NCBI GenBank assembly: GCA_046758365.1
Contig: JBHIAC010000105.1
Coordinates: 1-11,734 of the forward strand
DNA length: 11,734 nt
Source: a bacterium
Lineage (GTDB): Bacteria; Zhuqueibacterota; Zhuqueibacteria; Oceanimicrobiales; Oceanimicrobiaceae
Direction of reading: 5' to 3'
Below are positions 8,022-11,734 of the stretch, piece after piece; the first letter of the stretch is position 1, and every line of letters starts with the position of its first letter. Made by a program: the position numbers and the translations under genes. The notes under the pieces are model-generated. The model was not told the DNA's origin, did not search any database, and saw only the letters and a list, made by a program, of their open reading frames with translations.

Positions 8022-8048
8022 AAATAGATTATACATTATAATCTATTT
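8022..8048. repeat. Perfect 12-3-12 inverted repeat (operator or weak RNA hairpin)
   Basis: AAATAGATTATA-CAT-TATAATCTATTT in the gap between the OPT and creatininase-family genes. Confidence 0.7.
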
Positions 8049-8071
8049 GGAGAACACCTAATGACTTAATT

Positions 8072-10111
8072 CTAAGGTTTTTTTAGAGATCGTAATGGAA
8101 TCCGGATCAATCCCCAAGCCACAATCCCAAAAATAAAGATAGAAAGCCAGCCACCCAAAGTATGGACAAAGTTAAACTCATTCTGACCCGTTACCAGATA
8201 AGTAATTGAGGGCACGCCGGCCAAAACCAATCCAGCTAATAAAACGCCCGTTAAAGCTTCACCGGCAATAAATCCTGAGGCCACCAAAGTCCCCACATTG
8301 TCGATGCGAATTTTATATTTTTCCTGTATCTGCCTGCTACTCACTATCTTATCAGAACCCAACTTAATCAATCCACCAACAAAAATGGCAAACGTGGTTT
8401 CAAACGGCAGGTACATTCCAACTGCAATAAGCATAGGGGCCGGGGCCTTGACAAGAATTAAAGCTATAGAAAAAAACATACCGATTAAAATTAGCCCCCA
8501 GGGCATCTCACCACCAACAATCCCTTTAGCTAATTGAGCCATGAGACCTGCCTGAGGCGCTGGGAGTCTCGTATCGCCAATGCCAATACCACCAGCAGCA
8601 ATATTACCTTCATGCAGAATAATGATTGGAAATATTAACACAAACGAGACCACAATGGTACTTATGACCTCGGCCACTTCCATTTTCCAAGGTGTGCCAC
8701 CTAAAAGATGTCCTATTTTCAAATCCTGAATCATGTCACCAGCCATGGCGGTAGCACAACACACTACGGCTGCTACGGCCAAAACGGCTGCGACACCACT
8801 TAATCCAACAACGCCAATAGCCACCATAACAATAGCCGCCACAATTAATGTAGAAAGCGCTAACCCTGAAATGGGTTGATTAGAACCACCAACCAATCCA
8901 ACCAGCCAGCCACCGACGCCAGAAAAAAGAAACCCAGTAACGGTCATAATTGCGGCTGCTGCTATGGCCCCCCAAAAACTGCCACTGAAATAGTAATAAA
9001 TCAAAGTTATGGGCACCACCAAGCCTATAGTTGATAGAATGATCCACTGGAGATTAATATCGATTTCTAAACGGTCTTGTTTTTGATGAGACTCACTGCT
9101 TTTCCCTTTAGATTTAAATGCACCTCGAAAAGCGGAGATAATTGAATTCCTTAACCCCCATAACGTGTAGAAAGAACCAATAAGCATTGCCCCTACCGCA
9201 ATGGGTCGAATTTGATTGTACCAAATTGAATAGCTAAGTTCCTGCCAAGGTACTGGGACACCATGGATAGCCAATTTATTTCTCAATTCAGGATTTAAAA
9301 ATAGGGAAAGAGGGATAAATACCAACCAAGCAAGAACTCCTCCACAAAAGTTTATGGCGGCCAGTCTCGGTCCTATGATGTAGCCAACACCCATTAATGC
9401 AGGAGAGGCTAAGGGGGTAGAAAATGCCAACCCTCCAGTATGAGTGATGTTTCCCAATATTTCTCGCGAACTTGTAAAATGGTGGATCACGGATTTGGGA
9501 AATTGTATAAAGACCTCTATGGTCTCTCTAAAAATAGCCATCCCGTTACTGTTTTTTAAAAGCTCAATTAAAGTACCCACGCCCATGGCACCAAAAACAT
9601 AATTGGCTCCGCTTTCCCCTTTTTGACCTGCTCGCACAATTTCATAACAAGCATAACTTTCTGGAAACGGGAGTCCCGCATCTACCACTAAAGTTCTTCT
9701 TAACAAAATTACAAATAGAATACCTAACACACCACCCACAAGGAGAATAGCCGATGTCTCCCAATAATTGAAGTTTGTCCACAATTTCTGGCCGTCCATT
9801 TCTACCATCACAAAAGCTGGAATGGTAAATATGGCACCAGCGACCAGAGCCTCACCCACAGAAGCAGTAGTTCGCGCAATGTTTTGCTCCAGCACGCTTC
9901 CTCGAAAAAAGGGCAAACGAAAGACGGCAATGGCAATGACGGCTGCCGGAAAGGTAGCAGATATAGTTAGCCCAGCTTTGAGCCCTAAATAGGCGTTGGC
10001 GGCCCCGAGCACTACCGCCATAACCACACCTAAAATTAGCGCCTTAATTGTAAATTCAGAAAGGGTTGTTACAGACGGAACATACGGAACATCGATTTTA
10101 GGGGAATTCAT
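8072..10111 (-). CDS. OPT-family (oligopeptide/YSL-like) transporter
   Basis: 679 aa polytopic membrane protein with EFTIKALILG, ANAYLGLKAGLTISATFPAAVI, LEQNIART, LPFPES, GLVGGSNQPISG, MIQDLKIGHLLGGTPWK, LPAPQAGLM, AVGMYLP and ASGFIAGEAL; GGAG SD. Confidence 0.95.
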   Translation of the reverse strand: MNSPKIDVPYVPSVTTLSEFTIKALILGVVMAVVLGAANAYLGLKAGLTISATFPAAVIAIAVFRLPFFRGSVLEQNIARTTASVGEALVAGAIFTIPAFVMVEMDGQKLWTNFNYWETSAILLVGGVLGILFVILLRRTLVVDAGLPFPESYACYEIVRAGQKGESGANYVFGAMGVGTLIELLKNSNGMAIFRETIEVFIQFPKSVIHHFTSSREILGNITHTGGLAFSTPLASPALMGVGYIIGPRLAAINFCGGVLAWLVFIPLSLFLNPELRNKLAIHGVPVPWQELSYSIWYNQIRPIAVGAMLIGSFYTLWGLRNSIISAFRGAFKSKGKSSESHQKQDRLEIDINLQWIILSTIGLVVPITLIYYYFSGSFWGAIAAAAIMTVTGFLFSGVGGWLVGLVGGSNQPISGLALSTLIVAAIVMVAIGVVGLSGVAAVLAVAAVVCCATAMAGDMIQDLKIGHLLGGTPWKMEVAEVISTIVVSFVLIFPIIILHEGNIAAGGIGIGDTRLPAPQAGLMAQLAKGIVGGEMPWGLILIGMFFSIALILVKAPAPMLIAVGMYLPFETTFAIFVGGLIKLGSDKIVSSRQIQEKYKIRIDNVGTLVASGFIAGEALTGVLLAGLVLAGVPSITYLVTGQNEFNFVHTLGGWLSIFIFGIVAWGLIRIPLRSLKKP

Positions 10112-10149
10112 TCAAATTTCTCCATGTTTGAACATAATACCATATACCA

Positions 10150-10839
10150 TTAAATCAATCCAGAATCAGCAAAACTGAAATAGCTTTTACTGCCAATGAT
10201 GATATGATCAATAACATTGATTCCAACCATCTGACAGGCAGTTTTTAATTTCTGCGTAACACGCTTATCTTCCTCGCTTGGTTCTGGATTGCCTGAAGGA
10301 TGGTTGTGAACAAAAACCACAGATGCGGCGGAATGATTAACAGCTTCTTTAATAATTTCTCTAGGACTCACAAAACTTTCCATTAAACTGCCTTCAAATA
10401 TTGTTTTTTCTGTAATGATTGTGTTGCGACTGGTTAAGAGCAAGATTTTAAAAACTTCACGCCCTAAATCCCTAAGATGGGGGTTGACGATTTTATAAAC
10501 ATCATCACTACTTTCTACTTTATCTTTGATTTTAGCTTCTTCAAGAAAAAGTCGTTTTCCAACTTCCAGTGCGGCTTTGAGTTGTGCGGCTTTTGCTGGC
10601 CCTATGCCATTAACCTGGCAAAGTTCAGCCACAGACCTAGAGTCCATTCCACGTAATCCGCCAAACTCCTTCAAAAGTTGACGAGCTAAGTCAATGGCCG
10701 TAGTTTCCTGCCGGCCCACACGAAGTAGAATAGCTAATATCTCGGCATCGGATAACTTGTCTGCACCAAATCTAATTAACCGTTCCCGAGGCCGATCATC
10801 TTCTGGCCAATCAGGTATTTTGGGGGTATAGCGAGCCAT
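10150..10839 (-). CDS. radC: RadC (UPF0758) family protein, HhH plus JAB/MPN domain
   Basis: WPEDDRPRERL...LSDAEILAILL, HhH GIGPAKA, and JAB motif E...HNHPSGNPEPSEED...DHIIIG; full-length chromosomal type (229 aa). Confidence 0.96.
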   Translation of the reverse strand: MARYTPKIPDWPEDDRPRERLIRFGADKLSDAEILAILLRVGRQETTAIDLARQLLKEFGGLRGMDSRSVAELCQVNGIGPAKAAQLKAALEVGKRLFLEEAKIKDKVESSDDVYKIVNPHLRDLGREVFKILLLTSRNTIITEKTIFEGSLMESFVSPREIIKEAVNHSAASVVFVHNHPSGNPEPSEEDKRVTQKLKTACQMVGINVIDHIIIGSKSYFSFADSGLI

Positions 10840-10860
10840 GAGTTGAAAATATATGTTAAA

Positions 10861-10869
10861 TTATCCACA
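10861..10869 (+). promoter_or_regulatory. Perfect DnaA box
   Basis: TTATCCACA, 21 nt upstream of the radC ATG; single copy, function unproven. Confidence 0.4.
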
Positions 10870-10882
10870 TCTTTGAATAGCA

Positions 10883-10919
10883 CACAGATAACACAGATTT
10901 GACGGATTTCCACAGATTT
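10883..10919. repeat. Short tandem repeat, four ~9-bp units (consensus CACAGATTT)
   Basis: CACAGATAA CACAGATTT GACGGATTT C CACAGATTT. Confidence 0.7.
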
Positions 10920-10959
10920 TATCAGGAGATAATTTTGAAATCCATGTAATTAGATAATT

Positions 10960-10993
10960 AAAAGAAAAGCCGTAGTAAAAGACCACGGCTTTT
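10960..10993 (-). terminator. Rho-independent terminator of the secreted-protein gene
   Basis: Minus-strand RNA AAAA-GCCGUGGU-CUUUU-ACUACGGC-UUUUCUUUU: 8-bp stem with one G-U pair plus a U tract, about 30 nt after the stop at 11025. Confidence 0.85.
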
Positions 10994-11024
10994 GATTTAA
11001 GGAATCGTATCATATAGCTTGGAT

Positions 11025-11734
11025 TTATTGCACAAAAACCATCTTTTTTATATCTACCAAATCTCCAGATTGAAGCCGATAAATGTAAACGCCAGAGGTT
11101 ACTCCTCGTCCTATATTGTCTTTTCCGTCCCAAATTACTTTATAGTATCCAGGAGCTTTTTCCTCATCTACCAAAGTTCGGACTTCTTGACCAAGCAGGT
11201 TATAAATCTTTAAAAATGTCCTAACTTTTCCAACGAACTCTCCTGCCCTGCTTGGCAATTGATATTGAATTTCTGTGGATGGATTAAAAGGATTTGGGAA
11301 ATTTTGATGCAATACAAAGGTCTGTGGTATACCTACAACTGCTGTAACTGCACCGTGATATTCAAAAGACCCATCACTATCAATTTGTTTTAGTCTATAT
11401 TCGTAGGTGCCCGGCTGCAAATTGCGATCAAAATAATCGTAATGGACAGGATTCGTGGTAGTTCCATTGCCTGGTACAAAAGCGATTTTAGTCCATTCGT
11501 TTGAATCTTGAAATCGCCTTTCGATTTCAAAGCCGTAATTGTTTGTTTCGGTGGCTGTCAACCAAATTAAGTGCACATTGTTCTTTTCAACAGTAGCTGT
11601 AAAAGATGCCAACTCAACTGGTACCGTAGGATCAAATAACTGATCGATGGCCTCCTTCGAGAGAGGGGATTTTACCAGGTCGGCTAATTGGCTTCCTAGA
11701 CTATTAGGTTGATTTTGCTCTTTTAGATAGAAAC
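11025..11734 (-). CDS. Secreted protein C-terminus with FN3-like and FlgD-Ig/T9SS type A sorting-like domains (partial, 5' end beyond right edge)
   Basis: The frame stays open upstream of 11612 to the window edge (FYLKEQNQPNSLGSQLADLVKSPLSKEAIDQLFDPTVPVELASFTA...). Motifs PVELASF, WLTATETNNYGFEIER, YRLKQIDSDG, LHQNFPNPFNPSTEI, IYNLLGQEVRTLV, WDGKD and SGVYIYRL. Confidence 0.9.
   Translation of the reverse strand, partial: FYLKEQNQPNSLGSQLADLVKSPLSKEAIDQLFDPTVPVELASFTATVEKNNVHLIWLTATETNNYGFEIERRFQDSNEWTKIAFVPGNGTTTNPVHYDYFDRNLQPGTYEYRLKQIDSDGSFEYHGAVTAVVGIPQTFVLHQNFPNPFNPSTEIQYQLPSRAGEFVGKVRTFLKIYNLLGQEVRTLVDEEKAPGYYKVIWDGKDNIGRGVTSGVYIYRLQSGDLVDIKKMVFVQ

Noticed and set aside
1290..10178. 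Small opposite-strand ORFs (1290-1571, 3215-3406, 3446-3772, 3891-4076, 4550-4801, 7020-7313, 7806-8009, 8298-8537, 9768-9992, 9996-10178)
   Set aside because: All lie antisense to well-supported conserved genes and have no recognisable motifs.
10150..10839. radC as a marker of an ICE or prophage
   Set aside because: It is the full-length HhH plus JAB chromosomal form rather than the short mobile-element form; no integrase, tRNA or att-like repeats are seen.
10883..10919. CRISPR array or iteron origin
   Set aside because: Units are 9 bp and contiguous with no spacers; there is no cas or rep gene and only one DnaA box.
10861..11213. ORFs 10861-11133 (-) and 11019-11213 (+)
   Set aside because: They overlap the secreted-protein CDS out of frame or antisense; the first also runs through a clear terminator and the repeat.

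Overview
AT-rich bacterial chromosomal window, probably from an FCB-related lineage such as Calditrichota/KSB1/Ignavibacteria (inferred from a 'PVELxSF...PNPFNPST...WDGK' secreted-protein C-terminus, an FCB-type sigma70 lacking region 1.1, and canonical SD sites and -35/-10 promoters). Left, minus strand: a SUF Fe-S assembly operon, rrf2 regulator - A-type carrier - sufB - sufC - sufD (sufD runs off the left edge and is absent from the ORF track). A ~11% GC spacer holds two back-to-back sigma70-type promoters, each with a dyad over its predicted start site. One dyad resembles an IscR type-1 site; the other precedes a divergent RpoD/RpoS-like sigma gene. Right, minus strand: the 3' end of a secreted FlgD-Ig/T9SS-CTD-like protein with an intrinsic terminator, then radC - OPT-family transporter - creatininase-family amidohydrolase - mutL (endonuclease type). 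The radC upstream region has a perfect DnaA box and a short 9-bp tandem repeat. No mobile element, CRISPR array, RNA gene or defence system is evident. Gene content is mostly housekeeping; the most interesting signals are regulatory.
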